Origin: Candidatus Tremblayella phenacoccinincola
GTDB taxonomy: Bacteria > Pseudomonadota > Gammaproteobacteria > Burkholderiales > Burkholderiaceae
Direction of reading: 5' to 3'
Length of the DNA: 15,525 nt
Assembly: GCF_009805595.3 (NCBI RefSeq)
Contig: NZ_VMQO03000004.1
Span: forward strand, 1 to 15,525
Position 1 is the first letter of the stretch. Each line of letters opens with the position of its first letter. The notes beneath the pieces were generated by a model that was given only the letters and a program-made list of their open reading frames with translations, did not search any database and was not told the DNA's origin. A program made the translations under genes and the position numbers. This document shows, one piece after another, positions 1-8,901 of this stretch.

Positions 1-1
1 A

Positions 2-1300
2 CAAGATGTAATACTTTCAAAAGCATGGACATACGTATTATATACAATAGGCATAGTTAAAAAACATGAACAACTAATACTAGAACAAGAACTAAACAAC
101 ATCTTAACAAAAACCCTAACTTCTAGTTCTAATATAAAAAAGAGTAACTCTGAAGACGTACACACCTGGGTCGAAAATAAACTAACAAAGTTTTTAGGCC
201 CTGTAGGTAAAAGAATCCATACTGGAAGAAGCCGAAATGACCAAATTACGACTGACTCAAAACTATGGTGTATAAAAGAAATAGAACTAATAATACCTAT
301 AATAAACTCCTTACAAAAAAGAATAATAACCTTATCTGAAAAGCATATAGAAACAATAATACCAGGCTACACTCATTTACAAAAAGCTCAACCAACTACA
401 TTTGCACATTGGTGCTTAGCCTATAATGAAATGCTATTAAGAGATAAACTAAGACTAACTGATTCCTTAAAAAGAACATCCGTTAGCCCTTTAGGATCTG
501 GCTCTATTTCAGGAACTTCATACAATATAGACAGAGAACAACTATCTAAATGGTTATACTTTAACAACTCAACGAATAATAGCATTGATAGTATTTCAGA
601 TAGAGACTACATAGTTGAACTAATATCAGCTGCTACAATTAGTATAATACATTTATCAAGACTTTCAGAAGATCTAATCTTTTTCAATACAGAAGAAGCT
701 AGCTTAGTAGAACTAACAGACAGTATAACTTCAGGCTCATCTCTAATGCCACAAAAGAAAAACCCAGACGCATTAGAATTGTTAAAAGGGAAATCAGGTA
801 AAATACACGGCTCGCTTACTAATATAATAACTATTCTAAAAGGATTACCTTTAGCCTATAATAAAGATATGCAAGAAGATAAGGCAGCTTTACTAGATAC
901 AATAACTACCTGGAAGGAATGTTTATATATAACAAAGCTAGTAATAAAAAACATAAAGATAAAGCTAAAAAGCTGTCTAATAAAAGCAAAACAAGGATAT
1001 TCTAATGCTACAGAGCTCGCAGATTACCTAGTAAATAAAGGAATACCTTTTAGGAAAGCACATAAGATTACAGGAAGGATAGTAATAAAAGGACTAGCTA
1101 TAAAAACCCCAATAGAATCTCTAAGCTTAAAAACTTTAACTAAGATAACCCCAGTAGTTAAAGAAGATGTTTATAGGTTTTTAAAGATAGGTTCTTGTAT
1201 AATAAAACGTAACTCAAAAGGAGGAACATCAATAAACCAAGTTATCCTAAATATCCTAGTAAATAAAAAGCTACTAACTGCTTCCTATTATCATAACTAA
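2..1300 (+). CDS. argH: Argininosuccinate lyase, 5'-truncated by the window edge
   Basis: Frame 2 is open from position 2 to the TAA at 1298-1300. The ORF track shows only the part after an internal Met at 431. My translation of 2-430 gives QDVILSKAW...HTGRSRNDQITTD...GYTHLQKAQPTTFAHW. Downstream is the fumarate-lyase signature GSSLMPQKKNPD. About 432 codons lie in the window against about 457 in E. coli ArgH, so roughly 25 N-terminal codons lie upstream. Confidence 0.93.
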   Translation, partial: QDVILSKAWTYVLYTIGIVKKHEQLILEQELNNILTKTLTSSSNIKKSNSEDVHTWVENKLTKFLGPVGKRIHTGRSRNDQITTDSKLWCIKEIELIIPIINSLQKRIITLSEKHIETIIPGYTHLQKAQPTTFAHWCLAYNEMLLRDKLRLTDSLKRTSVSPLGSGSISGTSYNIDREQLSKWLYFNNSTNNSIDSISDRDYIVELISAATISIIHLSRLSEDLIFFNTEEASLVELTDSITSGSSLMPQKKNPDALELLKGKSGKIHGSLTNIITILKGLPLAYNKDMQEDKAALLDTITTWKECLYITKLVIKNIKIKLKSCLIKAKQGYSNATELADYLVNKGIPFRKAHKITGRIVIKGLAIKTPIESLSLKTLTKITPVVKEDVYRFLKIGSCIIKRNSKGGTSINQVILNILVNKKLLTASYYHN

Positions 1301-1574
1301 TTCCTCCAACAAACCACTAGCTAATACTTATGGGAGTTTCTAAACCTATAAAAGAACCAAGAACCATAGTAATGCTAAGAAATATGTTTTCTATAGGAAA
1401 CCCAAGAGTTGGAATAATAATAATAAAAACCCATATCAAGTTAGCATATGAAAGAAGCTACATAAAAAGGTTATCTAGAGAAAGTATTAGGATAATTAGT
1501 CTTTTGGTTAACTAATAGAAGAAGCTAAGAACTATAACCATGCTAACCCATAGCTCCAACAGCCAATATATCAT

Positions 1575-2942
1575 ATGAAAGCTAATAAAAAAGAAGAAAC
1601 AATAATAGCTTTGTCAACGTCCCAAGGAACTAGTGGAATAGGAATAATAAGAACATCAGGTTCTAAATCAAAGATGATAGCCATAAAAATACTTGGAAAG
1701 ATACCAGAACCAAGAGTAGCTGAGCTTTTAGACTTCTTTGATTCAGCTAATTCAATAATAGATAAAGGACTAGCTATATTCTTCCCTAAACCAAGTTCTT
1801 TTACCGGAGAAGATGTTTTAGAACTGCAAGGACATGGTAATCCAATTATATTAGACACTGTAATACAAACCATAGTAAGAGCAACAGGAATAAGAATAGC
1901 ATCTCCTGGTGAGTTTTTAAAAAGAGCTTTCTTAAATAGAAAAATAGATCTAACACAAGCGGAAGCTATTTCAGATATAATAACTACCACTTCACTAAGA
2001 ACTGCAAAAAGCGCAATGAAGGCAATGCTAGGAAGGTTTTCAGAAGAAGTTAACAACATAAAAGCCCTAATAACAAAAGCCCGTATTAACATAGAATCTA
2101 ATCTTTGCTTTACTGAAGAAGATAATATCTCAAAAAGAAAAGCAAACAAACTAATAAATAAAGCCTTATTAGAAACAAAAAGGCTATATAATAAAACAAA
2201 AGCCACTAACAAACTACCTATAGGAAAAACTATAGTAATAGCAGGTGCACCCAACACAGGAAAGTCAAGTATATTCAACGCAATAACAGAAAGCGATACA
2301 GCAATTGTAACAGAGTTAGCAGGAACAACAAGAGATGTATTATATAAAAGTATATCTATTTCAGGATTGTCTTTAAACATAGTAGATACTGCCGGGATGC
2401 ATAAGACAAAAGATATGTTAGAAAAGATAGGTATAAAAAGAACTTGGGGTGAAGTTAAAAAAGCAGATCACATACTATTAGTAAGAACTAATCTAACTAA
2501 AGAAGATAGGATACCAAACATTCTAACAAGATATTTCTCAGGAAAGGGCATAACAATAATAATAAATAAGATAGACTTAACAAAAGAAAAAGCAGAGATA
2601 ATTCCCATAGAAAGCAGCTACAACATAGTTAAGCTATCTGCAAAAACAGGAGAAGGGATAGATCTTCTTAAAAAGCATTTAAAAAGTATATTAGCCCCCG
2701 AAGAGCCAATAGAAGCTAACTTCATAGTCAAGAAAAGGCATATAAACATATTAAAGACCACAATAAGATATCTTATAAAGGCTTCTAAAGTCCATATAGA
2801 AACCATAAATACACATATAGCAGAAGAGGTTGGGTTAGCAGAAAAGGAATTAGCTAAGATAGGTGGAGAAGCTAATAGTGGTTATATGCTAAATGAAGGT
2901 ATACTAAATGGGATCTTTTCTAGTCTTTGTATCGGTAAGTAA
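1575..2942 (+). CDS. mnmE: tRNA modification GTPase MnmE (TrmE)
   Basis: 455 aa. The N-terminus IIALSTSQGTSGIGIIRTSG aligns with the E. coli MnmE N-terminal domain. GTPase motifs are present: G1 GAPNTGKSS, G3 DTAG, G4 NKID. The C-terminal CIGK tetrapeptide typical of MnmE is present, and the length matches E. coli (454 aa). Confidence 0.95.
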   Translation: MKANKKEETIIALSTSQGTSGIGIIRTSGSKSKMIAIKILGKIPEPRVAELLDFFDSANSIIDKGLAIFFPKPSSFTGEDVLELQGHGNPIILDTVIQTIVRATGIRIASPGEFLKRAFLNRKIDLTQAEAISDIITTTSLRTAKSAMKAMLGRFSEEVNNIKALITKARINIESNLCFTEEDNISKRKANKLINKALLETKRLYNKTKATNKLPIGKTIVIAGAPNTGKSSIFNAITESDTAIVTELAGTTRDVLYKSISISGLSLNIVDTAGMHKTKDMLEKIGIKRTWGEVKKADHILLVRTNLTKEDRIPNILTRYFSGKGITIIINKIDLTKEKAEIIPIESSYNIVKLSAKTGEGIDLLKKHLKSILAPEEPIEANFIVKKRHINILKTTIRYLIKASKVHIETINTHIAEEVGLAEKELAKIGGEANSGYMLNEGILNGIFSSLCIGK

Positions 2943-3067
2943 AAGGGTTCTAGCGGAGGGAGAGAGTGACTTCAGATTGAGAGGGTTGATTACCTAAGGA
3001 AGAGGAAGGAGGAGTTCTTCAGAACCATCTACCATCTTGTTATGATTCTACTTCAAACACTCATCTA

Positions 3068-3113
3068 AGACTCACCTAGACTCACCTTCAACATCAGATT
3101 CACCTTCAACAAC
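3068..3113. repeat. Nested degenerate tandem repeats: AGACTCACCT x2, overlapping an 18-bp unit AGAYTCACCTTCAACAWC x2
   Basis: AGACTCACCT at 3068-3077 and 3078-3087. The 18-mer at 3078-3095 matches the 18-mer at 3096-3113 at 16 of 18 positions. Confidence 0.85.
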
Positions 3114-3139
3114 CCACAAGAGCTATCCTCTCCTTCCTC

Positions 3140-3166
3140 CCCCCAACACTTCCAACATTCCCAACA
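3140..3166. repeat. 9-bp periodic repeat (NNNCCAACA)x3
   Basis: CCAACA at 3143-3148, 3152-3157 and 3161-3166, with an exact 9-bp period, immediately after a C6 run at 3139-3144. Confidence 0.75.
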
Positions 3167-3268
3167 GACCGATAGAGCTAACACATAACAAGCTTCCGGG
3201 GTTGGTTGCTAAGAACTAACCTAACTATAGCTACAAGCTCTTTGAAATACTACTAGAACCACTTTGTC

Positions 3269-3886
3269 TTAGCGATGTACTAAAACATGATCAATTAACC
3301 CATAGCTAACTGCTTCTTCTGGTGTTAAAAAGTAGTCACGCTCAGTATCTCTTTCTATTAGCTCTAACCCCATACCAGTATGCTTAGAAAGCAACCCATT
3401 TAACCGAGCTCTTATCTTTAGTATTTCCTTTGCATGTATTTCAATGTCAGTAGCTTGTCCTTGAAAACTACCAAGAGGCTGATGTATCATAATTCGAGAG
3501 TTGGGTAAACTAAAGCGCTTTCCATTAGTTCCAGCAGCTAATAGAAAGGCTGCCATTGAAGAAGCTTGACCCATACAAAGCGTATTCACATTTGGTTTTA
3601 TAAACTGCATAGTATCATATATTGTCATACCTGAAGTTATAATACCACCAGGCGAGTTAATATAAAGATAAATGTCTTTACTTGGGTTTTCTGCTTCTAA
3701 ATACAATAGCTGTGCAGAAACTAAGTTAGCCATATAATCCTCTATTTGTCCAGTAATGAATATTATACGCTCCCTTAGCAAACGAGAATAGATATCATAA
3801 GAACGTTCTCCTCTTGGAGTTTGTTCAATAACCATAGGTATAAGCTTCAATATGTTAGTCTTTTGATTCTTTAGTTTATATTGCAT
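3269..3886 (-). CDS. clpP: ATP-dependent Clp protease proteolytic subunit
   Basis: 205 aa, near-colinear with E. coli ClpP ([42 protein letters not shown]). The catalytic Ser context [11 protein letters not shown], His context MIHQP and Asp context ERDTERD are all retained. Confidence 0.97.
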   Translation of the reverse strand: MQYKLKNQKTNILKLIPMVIEQTPRGERSYDIYSRLLRERIIFITGQIEDYMANLVSAQLLYLEAENPSKDIYLYINSPGGIITSGMTIYDTMQFIKPNVNTLCMGQASSMAAFLLAAGTNGKRFSLPNSRIMIHQPLGSFQGQATDIEIHAKEILKIRARLNGLLSKHTGMGLELIERDTERDYFLTPEEAVSYGLIDHVLVHR

Positions 3887-3894
3887 ATAGTATA

Positions 3895-3906
3895 CCCCCT
3901 CTCCTC
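3895..3906 (-). promoter_or_regulatory. Shine-Dalgarno-like purine tract upstream of clpP
   Basis: The minus strand reads GAGGAGAGGGGG, then 8 nt (TATACTAT), then the clpP ATG at 3886. The same C-run also lies 62-66 nt upstream of serS on the + strand. Confidence 0.4.
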
Positions 3907-3960
3907 TTATAGCTTATAGTTAGACTAGAGAAATTAACTATTAAAACCCCTAGGAATAAT

Positions 3961-5214
3961 ATGTTAAACCCAACCTTGTTTCGCAATAAGCTTAACCTAA
4001 CTACTAATAAACTAATTCGTAGAAAACACCTATTAAATATAAAAACTATATCTGAACAAGAAGAACGTAGAAAAGCACTACAAACAGAAACATACTATTT
4101 ACAAACTATAAAAAATATAAGATCTAAAACCATAGGCTATAGCAAACCAAAAGGAAAAGATGTTTCTTTGGCTTTAAAAGAAGTTAATGATATAGAAGTA
4201 TCTATAAAAGCCGTAAGCTGTGTACTAAATAATATAAAAGAATCCATATATAGCTATAGCTTGCTAATACCTAATGTGCCTGTATATAACATACAACAAG
4301 AAGACACAGAACCTGTATGCTGGAGTGAGCCTACTAAGTATAGGTTTAATATCCGTAATCATATAGAGCTAGGAAGGCTAAATAAAACCATTGACTTTCC
4401 TAGCGCAGCAAGAATATCAGGTTCTAACTTTGTAGTAATAAGTGGTAACTTAGCTAGCATATATCGGATATTAGCCCAACATATGATAACTATTCATACT
4501 GTTTCCCATGCCTATAAAGAACAATATTTACCATATTTAGTTAACTATGAATCTATGCTAGGGTCTGGACAACTACCAAAGTTTAGTAAAGATATATTCC
4601 ATATTAATGAACCTAATAAACTGCTTATCCCAACTGGAGAAGTGCCTTTAATTAACTTAATAAGGGATAGAATTATTGATGAAGAAGTATTGCCACTGAA
4701 GCTAGTAGCAAATACTCCCTGTTTTCGATATGAAGTTGGCTCATATGGAAAAGCTTCTCAAGGATTACTAAGACTACACCAATTTGATAAAGTAGAACTA
4801 ATGCAAGCAGTTAACCCAGGGGTTTCTATGCAAGCTCTTGAAGAAATAGCATTTCATGCGGAAAAGATATTACAGTTATTAAACCTACCATATAGAAAGC
4901 TATTATTATCCGGAAAGAACCTTAGCTTTTCCGCTTCTAAATCTTATGACTTAGAAACCTGGCTACCTTCTCAAGCCATATATAAAGAAGTTTCTTCTTG
5001 TTCAAATACTACTGGGTTTCAGTCTCGACGTATATTAGCACGCTATCGGAATAAGCTAGATAAAAAGATATATCTATTACATTTACTAAATGGCTCTGGT
5101 TTAGCAGTAGGAAGAACTTTAGTAGCTATATTAGAAACCTATCAAACAAAAGATGGTAGAATAAAAACCCCTGAATTACTCAGGAACCAAATGGATAATA
5201 TTGATTATGTTTAG
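3961..5214 (+). CDS. serS: Seryl-tRNA synthetase
   Basis: 417 aa, colinear with E. coli SerS. Shared blocks include MLNPTLFRN, GSNFVV, YLPYLVN, GQLPKF, PTGEVPL, TPCFRYEVGSYG, LHQFDKVE, LPYRK, SSCSN, LNGSGLAVGRTLVAILE and DGRI. Confidence 0.96.
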   Translation: MLNPTLFRNKLNLTTNKLIRRKHLLNIKTISEQEERRKALQTETYYLQTIKNIRSKTIGYSKPKGKDVSLALKEVNDIEVSIKAVSCVLNNIKESIYSYSLLIPNVPVYNIQQEDTEPVCWSEPTKYRFNIRNHIELGRLNKTIDFPSAARISGSNFVVISGNLASIYRILAQHMITIHTVSHAYKEQYLPYLVNYESMLGSGQLPKFSKDIFHINEPNKLLIPTGEVPLINLIRDRIIDEEVLPLKLVANTPCFRYEVGSYGKASQGLLRLHQFDKVELMQAVNPGVSMQALEEIAFHAEKILQLLNLPYRKLLLSGKNLSFSASKSYDLETWLPSQAIYKEVSSCSNTTGFQSRRILARYRNKLDKKIYLLHLLNGSGLAVGRTLVAILETYQTKDGRIKTPELLRNQMDNIDYV

Positions 5215-5229
5215 CTAGTCTTCCTGCTC

Positions 5230-7152
5230 TTAGTTAAAATAGGACATATCTGCTATATGTATATAGGCGTCTTTTAACTTATTCAATAAAACTAATCTAT
5301 TATTTCGTATAGGTTTGGGTTTATCTAAAATGAAAACATCCTTAAAAAACCCACATATTTGCTTAGATAGCTTTAATAGCTGTAATGAGGTTTCTGAAAA
5401 GTCTAACTTATCTAGTAAATACCCTATCTTTTTGATATAAAACATATGTTGCTTATATATATTAACTTCTTCTGAATTCCTAAATAAATACCTATTAAGC
5501 TTAGACCTATTGCTAATGTAACTAAGCTTTATAAAGATATTTGTTATTCTCTTATTAGCTTCTAAGATATGCTTAAACCCTTTAAGTCTTTGGATATATC
5601 TTAACAAACATATTCGAATGTGTATATTTAAAGGATATTCGATTGACAGCCCTAAAACAGAACTTATAGTGTTACTACTATAACCTAAAGACAGATACCA
5701 GCCTTTTAGTTTCTTAAGATAATAGAAAGCGACTAAATATGTTAGCTTCTTATTTATTAGTTTATTCCCATATGTACTAACTGTCTTTTTTATTAGGGCT
5801 TTTATGTTCAATATTAACCTATTTTCTATTATTATTCGAAAGATGCCTATAATAAAACGCTTTGAACTATAAGGATCTTTATTTCCCTTAGGAACCCCAT
5901 TAACACCTATTATACCAATAATATTATCAGCCTTATCAGAAATACCTACAGAACAGCCTACTAAAGTTGTTGGCAGTATGTCATTTGAAACCCGAGGTAA
6001 ATATTGTTCCATCAAAGCTAATGCCACTTCTTTAGGTTCGTCGTCATGTTCAGCATGGTACATACCTACAAATCCATATAGATCTTTAAACTCATAAACC
6101 ATTTTTGTAGCTAAGTCACATTTTGATAGTAGGCCAGCTCGAGATGCGTTTATATGATTAGTTCCTATATGCTGAGAAACCCAGCTTGATAGATATTCTA
6201 TTCTGTGGAGACTTTCCCGCAAAGTGCCTAAGCTTTTTTCAAACAACATAATATTTAGCTCTGGAATGAAATGTTCTAATCTTTTATATCGGTCCTTACT
6301 TATGAAATATATAGCGTCTATTAAACGAGGACATATTACCTTTTGGTTATCGCTAATAACTTTAGAAGTTCTATTTGGAATAATGTTGCTTATATATATA
6401 AAATATGGTAATAGCTTATGGTTATGTTTATGGTTAGCTTCTGCTTCAGATATTGGAAAATACTTTTGATTAGTTTTAATAGCAAATACTAATATTTCTT
6501 TAGGTATTATTAAAAAGCTTTTATTAAAAGCTCCTATAAAAACAGTAACCCATTCTACCATGCTTGTCACTTCTGCCAAAAGGCTAGAGTCTATATTAAC
6601 AACTCCTTTAGGTTTAGCTATGGTTTTAGCTTTATCGTAAACTATTTTTGAACGTAAACAATAATCAGCTATTACTTTTCCTCTTTCTAATAATAGTTTT
6701 AAATAGCTATTTGCGTGACTTATGCATATGCTTTTATCTCCTATATGCCTATGTCCGTTTACGAAGCTATTGGAAACAGTTCCTAGTATGGATCCATGTA
6801 TTTTCTTATTATTTAGAAATATAGTTAATGTATGTAAAGGACGAATAAACTTAAAGCCTGTCTCATTTCCATTCCAGTACATTGACTTAAAAGAAGTAAA
6901 AGCTTTTAAAGAATTAAAAACTATATCATATAGTCTTTCTTTCTCTGGATAAATATTATTCTTTGATTTAGATATCTTATTAACTTTTAAAACAAGTTTG
7001 CGAGGTGTATATAAAACAAATAGGGTTCCATAGCTAATATTTAGTTTATTTAGTTCTTTTCTAAAAGCACTCATAAAAGACTGTGCTATGGTTAATATTA
7101 TGTCATATGGTAATTCTTCTAACCCAAAAGCTACTATAAAGTCACAAGTCAT
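5230..7152 (-). CDS. glyS: Glycyl-tRNA synthetase beta subunit
   Basis: 640 aa, immediately downstream of glyQ and overlapping it. The N-terminus FIVAFGLEELP corresponds to the conserved LLxEIGTEELP start of GlyS. It is somewhat shorter than E. coli GlyS (689 aa) and highly diverged, so position and partial motif matches carry the call. Confidence 0.88.
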   Translation of the reverse strand: MTCDFIVAFGLEELPYDIILTIAQSFMSAFRKELNKLNISYGTLFVLYTPRKLVLKVNKISKSKNNIYPEKERLYDIVFNSLKAFTSFKSMYWNGNETGFKFIRPLHTLTIFLNNKKIHGSILGTVSNSFVNGHRHIGDKSICISHANSYLKLLLERGKVIADYCLRSKIVYDKAKTIAKPKGVVNIDSSLLAEVTSMVEWVTVFIGAFNKSFLIIPKEILVFAIKTNQKYFPISEAEANHKHNHKLLPYFIYISNIIPNRTSKVISDNQKVICPRLIDAIYFISKDRYKRLEHFIPELNIMLFEKSLGTLRESLHRIEYLSSWVSQHIGTNHINASRAGLLSKCDLATKMVYEFKDLYGFVGMYHAEHDDEPKEVALALMEQYLPRVSNDILPTTLVGCSVGISDKADNIIGIIGVNGVPKGNKDPYSSKRFIIGIFRIIIENRLILNIKALIKKTVSTYGNKLINKKLTYLVAFYYLKKLKGWYLSLGYSSNTISSVLGLSIEYPLNIHIRICLLRYIQRLKGFKHILEANKRITNIFIKLSYISNRSKLNRYLFRNSEEVNIYKQHMFYIKKIGYLLDKLDFSETSLQLLKLSKQICGFFKDVFILDKPKPIRNNRLVLLNKLKDAYIHIADMSYFN

Positions 7153-8075
7153 TATATTATTCCTCTTTTTGGAAACCCAATAGACTTTCGATATATATAA
7201 TACTTTTTAGCTATTTCTTTTACTAATGAGCGTATACACATTATGTGAGACTTCCTTTCAGTAGTTGATAAAGCATTTCGAGCATCTAATAAGTTAAATA
7301 TATGCACAGCTTTTAAAACAAATTCATAAGCAGAACCTAATAAAACCTTAGTAAACCTTAAGAGCTTTTGAACTTCCTTCATATGTATCTCAAATAAGCT
7401 AAACAGTAGCTTTAAGTCTGAATATTCAAAGCTATATATTGAATGATCTATTTCACTTTTTAAGAACATTTCTCCATATGAGACATAACCAAAAAGACCA
7501 GCACTCCACGAAATGGCGTATATGTTATTAACATCTTGTATGTGCATAGCTAACCGTTCTAAGCCATATGTAATTTCAGTAGTAACAGGTTTAGAGATTA
7601 AGCCCCCAACCTGTTGAAAATAGGTGAGCTGTGTAATCTCCAGCCCATTAAGCCATACCTCCCAACCTATACCCCAAGTCGCTAAAGTTGGGTTCTCCCA
7701 GTTATCATCTACAAACCGAAGGTCATTATATCTTAAGTCAATGTCTAAAGATTCTATCGACTTTATATAGATATTTTGTATATCTTTTGGGGCTGGTTTT
7801 ATAGCTACTTGAAACTGATAATAGTGTTGTAATCGGTTTGTAGGTTTTCCGAATCTACCATCACTGGGCCTGCGAGATGGTTGAATATATGCTATTGCAG
7901 TTGGTTCAGGCCCAATAGAGTTTAAAAAGCACATAGGATGCGATGTTCCAGCCCCAACTTCTATATCTATTGGCTGTATTAGCATACAACCAACCTTTGA
8001 CCAAAAGCATTGAAGTCGAGATATTAGCTCTTGAAAAGGAATAGTATTCTTATTCTTATTAGAACTCTTTTCCAT
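7152..8075 (-). CDS. glyQ: Glycyl-tRNA synthetase alpha subunit
   Basis: 307 aa, strongly colinear with E. coli GlyQ. Shared blocks include FQELISRLQCFW, QPIDIEVGAGTSHP, YIQPSRRPSDGR, RLQHYYQFQV, DDNWENPTL, WGIGWEVWLNG, TYFQQVGG, ITYGLERLAM and FNLLDAR. The stop TAA (7154-7152) overlaps the glyS ATG (7152-7150) as TAATG on the minus strand. Confidence 0.96.
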   Translation of the reverse strand: MEKSSNKNKNTIPFQELISRLQCFWSKVGCMLIQPIDIEVGAGTSHPMCFLNSIGPEPTAIAYIQPSRRPSDGRFGKPTNRLQHYYQFQVAIKPAPKDIQNIYIKSIESLDIDLRYNDLRFVDDNWENPTLATWGIGWEVWLNGLEITQLTYFQQVGGLISKPVTTEITYGLERLAMHIQDVNNIYAISWSAGLFGYVSYGEMFLKSEIDHSIYSFEYSDLKLLFSLFEIHMKEVQKLLRFTKVLLGSAYEFVLKAVHIFNLLDARNALSTTERKSHIMCIRSLVKEIAKKYYIYRKSIGFPKRGII

Positions 8076-8173
8076 TGGGAAGCCTCTAGGGTTATCTATT
8101 ATAGGTTAGTAAAGGTAAAAAGGTATTGCTATTGGGGGGTGGGGAAAGAGAGAGAGTGGAAGTAGGGGAGAGA

Positions 8174-8187
8174 AGCATATAGCATAT
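8174..8187. repeat. 7-bp tandem repeat (AGCATAT)x2, plus a partial third copy
   Basis: AGCATAT at 8174-8180 and 8181-8187, followed by AGA. Confidence 0.75.
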
Positions 8188-8255
8188 AGAGAATGTGATG
8201 TGGAGGTACGTTTGAGAGGTATATATATAGAGGAGGAAGTATGGGTGTTGGAGGT

Positions 8256-8333
8256 GGTAGTGGTAGTGGTAGTGGTAGTGGTAGTGGTAGTGGTAGTGGT
8301 AGTGGTAGTGGTAGTGGTAGTGGTAGTGGTAGT
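8256..8333. repeat. Perfect hexanucleotide microsatellite (GGTAGT)13, with degenerate units extending to about 8244-8351
   Basis: Counted directly: 13 uninterrupted GGTAGT units starting at 8256. They are flanked by variant units GGTGTT and GGAGGT (8244-8255) and GGAAGT, GGAGGT and GGAAAG (8334-8351). The repeat has no stop codon in any of the six frames. This explains the poly-Val and poly-(Gly-Ser) ORFs on the + strand and the poly-Thr ORF on the - strand in the ORF track. Confidence 0.98.
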
Positions 8334-8371
8334 GGAAGTGGAGGTGGAAAGAGAAGGAGGGTGTGGATGTA

Positions 8372-8395
8372 TAGGGGTAGGAGTAGGGGTAGGAG
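8372..8395. repeat. 12-bp tandem repeat (TAGGGGTAGGAG)x2
   Basis: Two identical adjacent copies at 8372-8383 and 8384-8395, followed by a partial copy (TATAGGAG) that runs into a 19-nt pure-purine tract, AGGAGAGAGGAAGGAAAGG, at 8399-8417. Confidence 0.9.
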
Positions 8396-8901
8396 TATAG
8401 GAGAGAGGAAGGAAAGGTGGACTTAAAAGGTGGGGAAGCTCAGGAATGAGGACTTTCAAGGAAGGAAGAAGCTGCTTCTGTTTTAGATATCGTAGAAGCC
8501 ATATATAAAGAAATATCAATAACAAAAAGCTGGTCCATAAATATGATAACTGAAATAATACAAAAGATATCAATAAGCCTAAATATAGCTGTCTGTAATA
8601 TAGCTATGCTATTAAGAATAGGCTTATTAGGAAAAGCTGTATCACCAGGAATAACTCAAGTCATAAACATATTTAATAAAGAGTCTCTACTAAAACGTAT
8701 AAAAAAGGTAATTACAATGCTTAAATATAACTATTGAAACAGTTGTTAGCTATTAACTTCTTTCAGACATAATAGGGGTTTCAACTAGAACTATAACATA
8801 ATTACATACTATAACAAAATAGATTAGAAACAGCTAGTCAAAAGCAGGTAACAGATAAACCCCAAACGCCAATACATATGAAAGTGTTAATATACATATG
8901 C

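Noticed and set aside
1330-1515. A 61-codon ORF in the argH-mnmE spacer.
   Set aside because: It has no ribosome-binding site and no recognisable family, including rpmH, which often lies near mnmE. Its length is within chance expectation for A-rich sequence.
1571-2380. A 269-codon ORF antisense to mnmE.
   Set aside because: It lies entirely inside a well-supported gene. In its offset, antisense stops need sense codons starting TA or CA preceded by a T- or C-ending codon. These are rare here because sense codons mostly end in A. The product is low-complexity and hydrophobic, with no motif I recognise.
3200-3221. A hairpin, GGTTGGTT-GCTAAG-AACTAACC, near the clpP 3' end as a rho-independent terminator.
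   Set aside because: The stem needs a G-U pair on the + strand transcript and an A-C mismatch on the clpP (minus) transcript. No U-run follows on either strand.
8200-8426. The + strand ORFs encoding poly-Val (8200-8400) and poly-Gly-Ser (8241-8426).
   Set aside because: Both are direct translations of the (GGTAGT)n microsatellite, which is stop-free in every frame. Three mutually overlapping ORFs across one repeat cannot all be genes, and none has support outside the repeat.
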